NCBI GenBank assembly: GCA_048013815.1
Contig: CM106586.1
Span: 12,400,001 to 12,464,000 of the forward strand
DNA from: Setoptus koraiensis
Lineage: Eukaryota > Animalia > Arthropoda
DNA: 64,000 nucleotides
Reading direction: 5' to 3'
Of the stretch, positions 1 through 12,700 are shown in pieces. Positions within the stretch are counted from its first letter, which is position 1, and the number at the start of each line of letters is the position of its first letter. Below the pieces are notes generated by a model. It saw only the letters and a program-made list of their open reading frames with translations, was not told where the DNA came from and ran no database searches. The translations under genes and the position numbers were made by a program.

Positions 1-249
1 GCAGCTATAAAGTCGTCGTGCGCCTAGCGATTGCGCCCTTCGGTCGGTCTGGTTAGTAGTGCGTACCTAGCGACTTTCGCGCGCATTTTGCGCACCCATA
101 AAGTGTGTGGGGCCGGTGCTGACGATATTGCACCGACTAGCGCGCTTGCGGCGGCCATAGTGTGCAACGGAGAGCGGGCTAAAAAGAGTGTGCCATTAAA
201 CGCCAACTACATGCTGATGGCGGTCGCAAATGAGGAGAGGATTGAATTG

Positions 250-900
250 CCACAGCAGCAGCAGCAGACGACGACATTTGTGTTAGTTGACACAACAACA
301 ACAGCAACAACAGCAACAACAGCAACAACAGCATCAGCAAAAATAGCGACAACAGCAACAACAACAACGACAGCGAAACAGCGACGACAGCAACCTCAAC
401 TTCTGGTAGTTGCAGAAATGTCTCGATTGTGACACGAGCTGAACTCAAGTGAAACGAGCGGGCCCAAGTTTGCGCCAACAAGTCAGAAGAAAGAAAAGAA
501 GATCACAAAGAAGACACACACACACACACACACAGCCGAGCTGACATTGAACAGATAGAGTGAGCGAATTGTTGCCTCGGAGCGATAAACTAAACGGCAA
601 CTTTATCAACTAAAACAAGCTAGCTTGCCCGATAGCTGGCCTGCCACGTGCTTGTCAGGCAGCGCGAGCTTTCAAGGGCTTTCAACGGCTTTCGCGAGCG
701 CGAGCACAACAAAGCGAACGGGGCCAGCAGCCAGGCACCACCGGCGACAAACAACAACAGCGACAACAACGGCAACAACAACAGCGAAAACAACGGCAAC
801 AACAACGGCGACAACAACAGCGACAACAACGGCAACAGCAGCTACAGCGACGAAATGAAATACAATGAGAATAAAGATTAAAAAAATAACAATAGTTGAC
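250..900 (+). repeat. CAA/ACA/GCA trinucleotide-rich low-complexity region, including 12-nt ACAACAACRGCR periodicity at ~745-850
   Basis: Visible (ACA)n/(GCA)n runs at ~255-395 and ~745-850 and a (CA)n run at ~515-533. Generates the poly-T, poly-N and poly-L/C ORFs in the track; no recognisable domain. Confidence 0.8.
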
Positions 901-1503
901 AAAGAACAAGTTGATGAAGAAATAGCGGCGCCACTCAAGTGGTGGAGGTCAAACAACACACAAGTAGCACAAGTTTAATTCAATTTAATAGCCATCGAAG
1001 GCATCAGAGAACAATTGCGGGTAACAAGAAACTTAACAAGAAGAAACAATCTAGCGCACAGTTACAATAGGTCGCAATTGGCCAATATAGCAACGGGCCG
1101 CTAACGGGCCAATATAGCAACAGTATGCCGTTGCGTCCATCTAGATAAACAAACAAGCGCCCACGACAAATAAACTCCTACACTCACATCTCGCTCGCCA
1201 CGGCCATCTCACACAGCCAGGCAGCCAGTCTAGCCGATCCTATTCGAGCCGATCCTGTTCGAACCGAGCCGAACCGAGCGAGAATCACTCAAGGAGAAGA
1301 ACATCGCTCCGGGAACATTGTTCTTGGAGCGACACAAAAACAACAACAGCAACACTAACGAACCGGCGAGCACCAACTAACGAAACTCTGACAGACAACT
1401 CTCACGACATGACACAGAAAAAGCGAGCCAGAGATCTCGTCATCTCATTATCGAAATACCCAATTGGCTCTGGTGCTGTACGGGCGCGGGCGCGACTTTT
1501 GTC

Positions 1504-1641
1504 AGTATTCAGGTGAATCGAGTATTCAGGCGAGCGAAGTGTTCAGCTGAATCGAGCATCCAGCTGAACCGAGCATTTAGTGAATCAATTTTTTAGGTGA
1601 ATGGAGTTTTTAGGTGAATGAAGTTTTTAGGTAGTGAATGA
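1504..1641. repeat. Degenerate 17-bp tandem repeat, 8 units (AGTATTCAGGTGAATCG drifting to AGTTTTTAGGTGAATGA)
   Basis: Units start at 1504, 1521, 1538, 1555, 1572, 1588, 1605 and 1622. Confidence 0.8.
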
Positions 1642-1916
1642 AGAGTCAACCGGAAGAAGCAAGAATTTCCGCAAGCAACCAATAGAAAAAACCGAAAGAA
1701 AACACACACACACACACAAACACAGAAACGAAAAAGTTGCTTTGCCAACAATTTTCGCCGACAGCAACAACAACAGCGGCAGACAACGAAATTCGCTGCG
1801 AAACTCGAGTCGGGTCCGCCGAGCAACGCGGTCAGCTCGGTCAATCAACAAGAACACTTTTTATTTGCAATTGCAGTGTTTGCCAAAATAGGCGCACACA
1901 CGTACACGCACACAAC

Positions 1917-1959
1917 ATGCATTACGTGCGGCTAGTTGTGCTGGGCGACGCGGGCGTCG
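1917..1959 (+). CDS. RASL10: RASL10-like GTPase, first coding exon (MHYVRLVVLGDAGV-G; beta1 and first half of the P-loop)
   Basis: ATG at 1917. Reads RLVVLGDAGVG, matching the Ras G1 start (human RASL10B RVAVLGARGVG). Ends at a phase-1 G|GTGAGT donor (1960). A polypyrimidine acceptor TTTTTATTTGCAATTGCAG| lies at 1876, so further upstream exons are possible. Confidence 0.85.
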
Positions 1960-4900
1960 GTGAGTAGCAACCATATACGCTTATTATTATTATTTTTATT
2001 ATTATGTAATATCACTATCACTTGCTATTATTGCAATTGCATGTCATTATTCTTCTGTCCGGTCCCGTTGCGAGTATCGCCCGCTTGTACTCAATTCTTT
2101 TGTTTGTCCGCGGTACGACCCGCTGGACGCTTTCGGGCGGCTTGCCGGCCACTGCGACCCGAGCGGAGCATTCGGGCCGACAAATGTCTCGAACCGGTCG
2201 TTTGCCGGATAGCCGGTTAGCCGGTTTGCCTGTTCGCCAGTTTGCCGGCGCCCGAAACCTGCCGGCGGCAACTGAGCGTCCCGGCTTCACGAACAGATTA
2301 CTCGATAAATCATTCCCGCTGCAAACGACAATTTGCGACAACTTTTGCTATTCAATTTGCATGTCGCATCGCCAGCGTTGTTTCCCATGTAACAGCGAGG
2401 ATTTGCGACAATTTTTCGGCCGCATCGAAAGACAATCGCATCTAAATAATATATATACCTATACAACACACGAATAGATCATCTCAACTGTGTGCAAATG
2501 CATTTATAATGATGGCTTGATTTCGGTCGCACGGTCAACGCCGCAGACGAGGGCCAATTTCGGTTTTTGCCCGACAAATCAATGGGAGAACTCGCGAGCG
2601 AAATTTCACGCCCGGTCGACTAAAAACACTAACCAGACAGGTCGATCGCTAGACCGACCTTGTTAACCGGACCCCTGTCTGGGTCTCGTTAGCTGTCGCT
2701 ACAACAACACCGACACCCAAAAAGCACAAAGGCCACAAAGGGTACAAAAGGCGAAAAAGGTGAAAAAGGTGAAAATGTTTGCCGTGAAGCCCGCTCGCCG
2801 GTTTCGTTTCGAAATTACATCTGCTATTCATTGGCTCGATACAATATACATTGTCAGACGGCAGTGTATCTCCGTCGCGCCAAGCGTTTGTTGTTATAGC
2901 GATTCCGTCATGCATGTCGACTTTCTGTCGACTTATGGATTTATTTTTATGCCGGCAGCAGCAGCGGCGGCGGCCGGCCAACTGGATTCCTGGTTCAGTG
3001 GTCACCTGGCCCCAGGATAATAATAGGCGAGTTGAGCCACTTGTCGGAATAGATTGTCGGGATTGTTGTTCCCATTTAGTGTGCCTGCTCATGATTGATA
3101 GTGGCCCGCTGCCGGTATAGGTGTCGGTATTTTTGTGTTGTGTGTCTCTTCTATCGGTGCCCGTCCGTGTCCGGCCGCCGCCGACGCCGCACCGACTAAA
3201 TGGAGTGAATATATATGGAGAGCATTTGATTGTGGCGGCACAACAATTTCATTGATGGAGATCATTTATTTTAGTTCATAGTCGACGTGCGCGTATGAAT
3301 AGTATTCGCGCGCGGCATTATTCGCCGGCCCGGCCCGGCCGGGTCCGGTCGGGTCTGGCTGGCCTCGATTGGGCCAGCCTCCGAGCCGCGAAACAGAGAC
3401 AAAGTGGCCCCGGTTGCGCCTAGTGCGGGCAGCGCGCCAATAGCGGCCCGCGAGTCGCGGATGCCAGCGGTCTGGCCAGCAAGTGATGCACATGACACGA
3501 AAATAGCAGCAAAGCCGCCTAATGGCAAATTGTCTATTATTGCTATTATTATTATTATTATTATTGCGACTACTTCGCGAATAGTCCACTGAACTATGAC
3601 TATCATCGCTGGCAAAATGACGATAATCATTCGGCAGTCAGTGGAGGCCGGCCGAACGTTGGGGCCCGCGATGTTGGCCAGTGTGTGCGTATGCGACACG
3701 CCAGAAGCCACCGACTCGCGCCCGGCCGGCACAATGAGAAACGAAAGCAACGCATACACCCGCGACAGCCAGAGATAGGAAGGGGGCAATTTGTTGTGTC
3801 GTGCTGGCGCGGAATCGGTTCGCAGCATCGGCAGCGGCCTAGCGCACCATTGGCGACAGTGCACCTAGTTCCGTTCGCGCACTGCGCCTCGGTCAACCTT
3901 GACGCGGGCTCGCTCCAGCGTCTTGCCCGCAGCGACATCATGGCCGATGTTGCCCAATATACACTTGACAATGGCATAGCGCACCACTGCATTTGCGTGC
4001 ATCGACAACTTGCGAGATAACCAACTGGCAACCCGCAACAGCGCGACAGCTACGCGACAATCCGGCGCCCGGCCCGCTAATGAGCAATATAATGACCATC
4101 ATCATTACTAGTGGTCAACTAACTCGCTGGCTGGCTGACCGGCTCACTGGCACGCTCGGGCCGACCCGCAAGCACCGGCGAGCGACCCGCAGGCACCCGC
4201 GAGCGACCCTCAAGCGACTTGCGAGCGCCACTTTGCGGGCAACAGTCAGCTCGCTCGGCGGCGTTAGTTGGCGCGGGCACAACAAAGTTGTAAGTGAAAC
4301 AATTAACCAATTGATCGCTGCCAGCCAGCGGAAAAGCCGATAACACAATTGACAATTGCAACACTATTGGTTTGCACTTGTTGTCACCGTATTAAGCGCC
4401 ATTACAACCGGTGGTCACTTGCCGGTTGCCCGAGCTACTTTATTAACGGTTCGGTTCGGGCATAATCTCAATGCCAGCGTGCCCGCGCGGTGTGTCGCGG
4501 TTCGTCATAACCGTCGTCGCCGGTCATTAGCCGCTGACCGCTGGCCGGAATCGCGCCAGTATTAGTGATGCTCACGCACACACACGATAGGCGGCGGGCG
4601 GCGGACGGGCTAAAGTGAGGCGCCACGGGCAAACAGTGGGTAGGCGCGGAAATTTGTCCGCAGCTTTGTCGCTAATGATTATTTCATGCTGATTTCATTT
4701 AAGATAGATGACATCACCGTGTGTGACATCATTGGCCTGCCACTCGCATGGTGATATATGTCCGATGAGCGGACACACGCACATCCGCCGAACGGCGGTC
4801 GAGCTCGCCATTCGGGCCGCTCCGGGCCGGGCCGGCCGGCTATTTCGACACAAGCGGCGCGACACAATGCTGCCTAAACAAGCGGCCGTTTTTCTTCTAA

Positions 4901-7900
4901 TTTGAGTAATATGCAAATTAGCAATTTAACATGGCAACACACACACGCACGCATCTGATCGCTTATTGCGCGCGCGGACATTTGCATAGAAACGCCTCTG
5001 TGAGGCGCCGATCGACGTCAGCCGAGGCTCCAGTGTCAAGCTAGTTGTTCTTAACGCCCCCCCCCGTTGCGACGACAGAGATGAGAAAATGTGTTGGTTG
5101 CGAGCCGGCAAAGAGCAAGCACCCAGCCAACGGCTGACGCCTCGCAAGACCGTTAGTTTCGGCAATAGTTAGCTGCGCGCTGTCGCATTCTCGAGCCTCG
5201 GCCTGGCCCGGCGAATTCCTGGGAAGGCCAACTCTGGCTACGGATTCCGAGAATATTGTCACACGACGACGACTTCGACTCGACGCCTATCAGCGCAATA
5301 TGACATCGGCGCAACCATTCGATCACACACACACAAACATGGCTCCTGTTTTCATTGGCGGATATCATGGATAAAATGGATACCAAACATATATATCCAT
5401 TTGACCATTTATGTCTGCTCTATAAATAATTGGGGTAATTCTCGGGTCAACACGGATCAGGAGTGGTGGTGCGCATTTCGAAACTATTGATTTATTGAGA
5501 ATTATTGTCACTCGATAGATTTCCATTAAAAACAATTAAATATGTTCTTTCGATTGCGTACAAACATACGATGCCGACGCAACCATTAGGCGGCCAACCA
5601 CAATCCGAGACACAACCTTCGGCTGGCTCCAGTTGCCTCATTTTTCAATTTTCATTCGTTTCAGGTTCTTTTTTCGTGACATCGAAGCCGATACTCGACG
5701 CTGAGAGCGGCTCTCGCGTAGCTCCAAATTTGAGCAAACTGCAAGTATTTTTCGGATGTCATTGAATGACATTCACGGTGAGGACGCCAGTCGATCTGCC
5801 AGTATCGCACCTACGACGGTTGCACCGGCCCCTCGTTGAATCGATTTTTTCATTCATCTTTCCTCGAGTTGTGGCGCCTCTTTTCATTGCCTCACGTCAA
5901 TACGGTTGCTGCTGGCGCACGGCCAAAATCCACAGGCCTAGCTCAACTTTACAGATACCGAATAGTCGAATGCAACAATCAATGACCGTTCGACAGCGGT
6001 TATTTTGTGTGTGTATAATTTGCATGGGGTACGCAATCGGTCGGAAGTAGGCCCATTTAACATTATTATAAATGTGATGTCAGTTGCTGTAATTGTCGCA
6101 GATTTGATGGCCGGTTCTCTCTGGCTAAACAGACCAAATCATTGATGCGACCTAACATGATTATGTCCAGTAGAGCTGGAGAGGCCAGAGCCAGAAACGG
6201 AGCTAGAGTGTCATGAGGAGGAAACGACATTTCCTCGTTAACTAAAAGTGACTAACTGGTTAGTCATTAAATTTAGCACTGGTTTGTATTAATGAATCGA
6301 TTGCCTTTTATCGCTCCCTTCTGCTAGCTGCGACTCGACTAGTTTCCAACTCAACCGAAACCAACAATCATAAACTGACTACGAATCCGAACGATTCGAG
6401 GAGATCTCATGGCAAGTGACAGAGATTTTCAGCACATCGGCCCCACTGGCTAAATATTTTTCGGCCAACAAACGGCACGCTTTTGCTCCATCCTTGCTCG
6501 TCGCTCATCTAATTTCCCCCTATCGGCCATATCTCGATCCGCCACTGGCTCATTGAATCGCAAATTGAAATCTGCAATGCTCACCCTTCACGCAATCTCA
6601 GATATAAAGGGGGCAATAACCACCATTAATGTAATCGAGAGGGCGACTCAGATGATGGCAACAGTGGATCTGGTCGGCATCAATCGTCCATAAAATTAGA
6701 TAAATGAATGGCCATCACAGAGTCTACAGTTGGCCGAATGACAGTAGTCGGGTGATTAAATTGGGTTTCGTTCAGTTTGTCCACTGCCACTTTTTCCATT
6801 CGGGATTCGGCCAATCATGTTCTGTCATTTGATTAGCGGCGTATGCTCAGCAGTGGAGATGTCGGTGGTTAACCGAACCAGTTCAGAGAACTGTAATTAT
6901 TTTTCAAAAGAAAAACTGAAACCAAGCGAAACTTTCTGTTCGGTTTCGGTTTTTCTTTTTTCGGTTTTCGGTCCGAAACGAAAAAATTCACCGGCATTGA
7001 TCTTCGGCCATTCGAATTCGTTCGCATTCAGAAGTGAGCGGATTGCAATCGAGCTACACATGTTTCGAGCCCCATCTAATTGTGCGACAGATTCCATAAA
7101 ATTTTGTTTCGTCAACTGCAACAAACTGGTCTGATCTGATAACCGTCAGTTATCTTAAAAGCTCGGTCACTACAAACTCAATAAACATAACCCTAAAACA
7201 GCCACCGACTTCCGGACTCGATCAAAACTGAACCGAAACCGAAATCCGCACCGGCCCAACTAGCGGTTGAGCATTTCCGGATCGGTCTAAGCATCTCCGC
7301 TCAACAGTAAACTGACGCAACAATAGTTTCGTGCTTTTTGGGCCAAACATCAAGCTCAAGTAAAACTGAGTCGTAAAAAGAGCACGTCCTTCGGCTTGCC
7401 AGCGAAGGGCCTCGTTAGTTGCGCGTCGCTCCTTCAAATACCTTAGCCGGTCTATTAGATTGTTTTGTTGTGACCTTAATGAGTCTAGCCTCAGGAATGT
7501 TTGCATGTCGTCTATCAGGGGAGGGGGCTCCTGTGAGGCAGCGTTGCAAAGTTTTTTGTTTCTTTGGCACGCATAAACAACTGAAAAGAGAATTCATCAT
7601 TAGGATAATCATCAGTCATTCAGCCGGTGGCACAGCACAATCAACAACACTAGCGCTCAGTCGGAATTTATGTTGAAATTGGAGTTCACTAATTACTTCC
7701 TATCGAGCTACTACGGCAGCTTGTGCCAACCAGAAACTTGCACTACCTTTAATCTCCACTGTCTGACTTTTTGGGCACTCGGGTTTTTTTCTCTGCGGGC
7801 CCTTGCTCAACTTACAACGAACAATCACCGGTGCTCATGCGAGCACCTAATTATAATGAATCGGATGAAGAATAGGATTTGTGTTGCGTTAGGGGAGCTG

Positions 7901-8446
7901 TCGAAATGTTGTCGGGCACCGTCGACTACTATTATGACTTGTCGTAGTGGTGTAAGTCAATAAGTCTCAAATATATATCAATTTCAGTTGCGTTTCAACG
8001 GGCCCCGCACATGATAGATATTTCTAATCCATCTAAATCCATCCGAATATCCATCATGGATGCGATGCGTTTCGTTGCTTGCCCGATTAACCATTTCCAA
8101 GGCCGATTATGCAGACACAACAATATCCACGCTTGAATACTGGCTCCCTTGGCTCCTTGAGCCCGGTCTGCCATTAGGGAAAATATCCCCTGGAAAGGCT
8201 TTAAAATAACAACGACAAGATGCGCCACTCAACATTTCAATTTCTCTCCGATCTCATCCTTATCCGATCTTTGCGAGTGCATCGTCGCAGCGCAACTGGC
8301 ACACTAAATTGAGTGTGCATAATTGGCTCGCATTCAACATGATCATCCGATAGTTTTGCATAGAATCGCGCTCGCTGAAATGCCGGAAGAAATACGATAT
8401 CGCCCAGCGCTCCTTATCATTGTTGTGTCGGCAGCGAGACAATGTT

Positions 8447-8500
8447 AGTTAGACAGTGTTAGTTGGACAGTGTTGGCTAGACAGCGCTAGTTGGACTGGT
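8447..8500. repeat. 14-bp tandem repeat x4 (AGTTRGACAGTGTT)
   Basis: agttagacagtgtt / agttggacagtgtt / ggctagacagcgct / agttggactggt. Confidence 0.75.
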
Positions 8501-9329
8501 CCGACTAGGCGCACAATATGGCGCTGTTTGCGGTCGATCGCCCTCGTAAGTTTAATTTGGCCACTGCAAGCGATAAACGGACGGACGGAGAAATTTTTTC
8601 GGTGCTCGTAGGTGCTCGACAATCTCAGATATCAGCAACGAACGTGTTAGCGGTTGAATCGCCAGTGAAAAAGATGCGCGACATCTCATACTTGAGGCGA
8701 TTTGAATAGATCGCGTCGCCCGCGTCATTTTGCATCTTAAATACCTCACCGAGGCGAGACAATACTTGAAAGTTTGAACGAAAACGACATAAAGACCGTC
8801 ACCGCAAGCCCGTGATGGTTAGAGGTTGCAACGTTGTGCCGTTATCCTCTCTGCCGAAAAGTGTCCGGCTGTAAGCTGGCAGCTCAACGATGGGGCCAGC
8901 GAGCCGGGGCTCGCTGAAATGAACTCGAGTTGTAGTGGAGAGCGACTTTGCGCCGCAGACAGCAACGACATCGCTGTTCACGGTTGGAAAGCGGCGTTGA
9001 GGCGATATTGTTGACTTGTTCAGCGATGAAGCGGCTACAAATTCATCGCTGAAGGTCCATCAGGTGAGAAAGAGCGCTTGTTATGAGACAGACAAACAGT
9101 GAGGGCCCATCTCATTTGCATACAAGTGCAAGTTAATGCATCATCGCTCGTCTACTAGCTGCCAGTTGGAGAACAACAAATTCTTTGAATTATCTCAGAT
9201 AAGCTCTCAGATATCTGGCCTGTTATGACACCTCGATGATGCCTTCCGAGAATGGGGGCGCCCAGCACATGTGTTTATCATCATCAAGTGATGAGTGCGT
9301 TTTATCCATTCAAGTGCCCTTGCTTTGTT

Positions 9330-9367
9330 TCTCTCTCTCTCTCTCTCTCCCTTTCTCCCTTTCTCTC

Positions 9368-9451
<84 letters not shown>

Positions 9452-9453
9452 TC
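9330..9453. repeat. (CT)n microsatellite, ~120 bp
   Basis: Directly visible. Source of the SLSL/RERE ORFs in the track. Confidence 0.95.
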
Positions 9454-9681
9454 GAGTAATAATAGCCGAATCATCATGATTCTGGTTCGTGTTGTTGCGG
9501 CCATCCGGCGGGCGCCAAGCAAAAGTCTTGTCGCTATTGTTGATCATTTGCCCACTTTGTGCTTGCCTGTTGGTAATTTTATAAAGTGAGCATATAATGC
9601 CAATGGGGCCGCTGCGTTTATCAGTTCGCCTGTCTTCGAGGTCGGTGATCTTGGTTCGCGGTGCCCATCGATCACCCGGCG

Positions 9682-9724
9682 AGATTTATACCCACACAGA
9701 TTTATACCCACACAGATTTATCCC
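9682..9724. repeat. 16-bp tandem duplication (AGATTTATACCCACAC x2 plus partial)
   Basis: Directly visible. Confidence 0.85.
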
Positions 9725-12700
9725 GCGCCACTCGCCTACTAACGGCACAACACAGAAACAAACAATCCGACCATGACGTAATGACTAACGCATAGTTTAT
9801 CTGACATTATACAACCAATTGTGAGTCCTTGATAGAGCGAGAGAGAATTTGATTTTTTCTGTTTCTTCATATCTTCGCCACTGGCGCACCTGATAACGCA
9901 ATCTAAATTGTGGTTTATGTTCGCAATGTTCGAACGGATTTTATCGCCTGGCTCGCCAGCCCTCTGATCGGGTTAGTCGGTGCTATACGCAATTGGCTGG
10001 CCACAAATTGCCCGTTGAACCTGATACCCGAACAAAGATGGTCTGCCAATTTGCAACAGCAACTCTCACGGTTAATCTACACGAAAATCCAAATTTCCAA
10101 TGCAATTTGGATATTTTGTTTGGCGCAATTTGAAGCGCAAACAACAATTGGCGGAACCACAGCAGTGTGTTCCATTCCTTTGGCTTTCCGGGAACTCGTT
10201 GCGCTCCGAATCGACGGCGGCTCTATCGAACACAAGCCAAAAGTATTCAAATATCTTCGCGGGGTCCCTTTTCGGCGCCACGGAAAAGAAGAGAGAATAG
10301 CCCGAGGGCCCGACAGCCAAAACGAGAGCAGCTGACTGAGTAGAAACATTGAGCAACGAAATTCGGTTTTGCGAGTATTCTGTTTGTGGGTCTTGGTCAT
10401 GAGTCATAACCAAGAGCAACAAACGGCGCCCCAACTTGCCGACGGTGGGACTTTTTGGGCGTCATAGAGCCCAGTGGTTTGTTGGGCGCCGGCAAGCCGG
10501 CAAAACAAGCGCGAGAAAGCCAATAGAGAAAGGTGAGCAATGAATCATTTCGGCTGATGTGTAAATATTGATGAGCCTCCATTGCTAAAACAATGAACCG
10601 AGACAATATATTATAATCACAATGAGGCGCACAACAAACAATTGCACCATCAAGAATAATAGATGAATCTCGTTGCTTGTGGCCAGGTCAGCCATACTTG
10701 CCGATAGTGGCGCCAGTGGGTCAGATTTGTTTGTCGTTGGCCCCCGGTGGTCAACCGATGTCTGGCCAGAGAGATTACCCACAATTTAGGCCGGACAGCT
10801 AGCCTCGGACAGGCGTGCCAGTGGCCGCCCGATTGCGGCGGATCGCGTCAGCGGTCGAGGCCCGATACTGGCATCGACGATGCGGGATGTCGGGCAAAAT
10901 GAGCGCTTTAAGCTGGCGCCAGCGCACGACAAATGAGCCTCGGCTGCTCGGGCCCAAGTCCAACTGGTCAGATGGCTGGCTGGCCCCAACTTTGGATTTT
11001 GTGTCAAGTTTATGGCAGGTGATTGGGCTGCTGGCGATTGTTGCATACGTTGCTGGGGCGCCGTGTTTGCAACTGAGCGTTGCACTTATTACGCGCTGCC
11101 CGCGACACATATTATTTATGTGCGATTACGCTATTACGCATTGTCTTTGGCGCTATTTTTTTCTGGCACGAGCTCTGTGGGGCCTCGGCGCTCGTTGGGG
11201 CCGTTTCCAGGCCCCAACGAGGCCAGTTTTCCAGGACCGAATGGCTGGCTGGCTGGCTAACGGCGTTTCTGTCCCACACTCGTTCGGCTTTATCCGTCTT
11301 TGTGCTTCTTGGCGCCTCTTTTTTCACCCCATTCCGCTCTGTCGTCGGCCGGCTCCCGCTGGCTTTGATTTTCCTTACAAGTTGCAAGTTGTAACCTGTG
11401 TGGGCTTTTCGCCACTCGCCACTTTTTGAGCTCGCTAAGCCGCGTCACGTTGCCCTGCCTGCCGGGCCCACGATGACTGGCGGCTTTCGCTGTCCAATTG
11501 TCAATTGCCGCCGAGCGAGTGCCCCCACTGAGCGAAGAACGGCCAACAGCGAGTAACAGAGAGCGAGTCTTTCGGACTTTCTCTCTCTCTCTCTCTCTCT
11601 GTTACTCTTGCCAAGCCAACTCTTTTTGGTGTTTGGTGGTTTCTCTCTAGTCGCTCGCGCTTCTCTGAGCATATCTCGCTCACCGTTACCTCGCCTCGCT
11701 TCGAGCCCGGTATCAACTAATCTGGGGCCTCGGCTCTGAACTAATGCCTCACCTGAGCTCGCACGATAACACCGTGTTAGTAACACGGCCAGAGAATTGC
11801 GCCGCGCGACACGACATTGTGAGCGCCAATGCGAATCTAATGAATCGTCGTTTCTTTTTTGCCGCCGCTGTTATGCCCGCAACTCGTTTTTCTCAACGTC
11901 TGTTATGCAAAACGGTGGGGCCCCGTCGGGCCAGTGCGCGCGAGTGCGGTCAGTTCACTTCAGTGCCCCGCTGCTTTGTTTCTTTTTATCCGTATCGATC
12001 ACAATTAATGTCTGGTTACGCGCCGCGCCGTGCGCCCATTCTCAGTGACCGTTTGACGGTGCACGGCGTCTGGTTAGTTGGATTTGGCGCGCCAAAAACG
12101 CCAAAAATCAAAAAATACAGCCCACATAAAGCCCGTGACAAGCACCGTCGCCACGATGGACGTTGATAATATCCATGTCCGACAACGACATTCAACACAC
12201 ACAACAAATATCCACAAACAGTTGCGCTGACGGCCGACATGGAGCCCGGCCAGAACAACGGCACCTGTCATGATGCTTTTATTCTAGACAGTTTTAGGTT
12301 GAGTTGCCCAAATTGCTATAGCTTTTCGTCTGGTCTCGTTTTCGCTACCGTGTCGTGCCGCCACATGCCAGCCACGACGTCATTACCAGCCCATGCTGGC
12401 GCCCCAGATTTGCGCCAATTCGCTAACCAGCCAAAGCATCATTGTATCAGAGCCGATTGCAATTTAAATGGGCCCACCATTCGCAATTGGTTTGGTGTGG
12501 CAAACGAATTGCGGTCGTTCTGTTTTTTGCCATGTTTCTCTTTGCGCACCACACCGAGTGCACCAAAAACCACTTGCCGAGCCACTCAAAGTGTCATATA
12601 AGATAAACAATGAATAATCATGGCCAGCGTGTACGTCCGATATTAGCTTACATCAGCCTGACACAGCTACTTCGGGTCTCAGTTCGATGGCTGCCACCCG

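Noticed and set aside
7222-7506. 94-aa minus-strand ORF with a coiled-coil-like start (possible nested gene)
   Set aside because: Non-ATG start, no recognisable domain, length within background.
9061-9069. CAG|GTGAGA as a recursive splice site in the giant intron
   Set aside because: There is no polypyrimidine tract upstream, so it is compatible with chance.
9236-9589. SLSL/RERE ORFs resembling SR or RE-rich proteins
   Set aside because: Translations of a (CT)n microsatellite.
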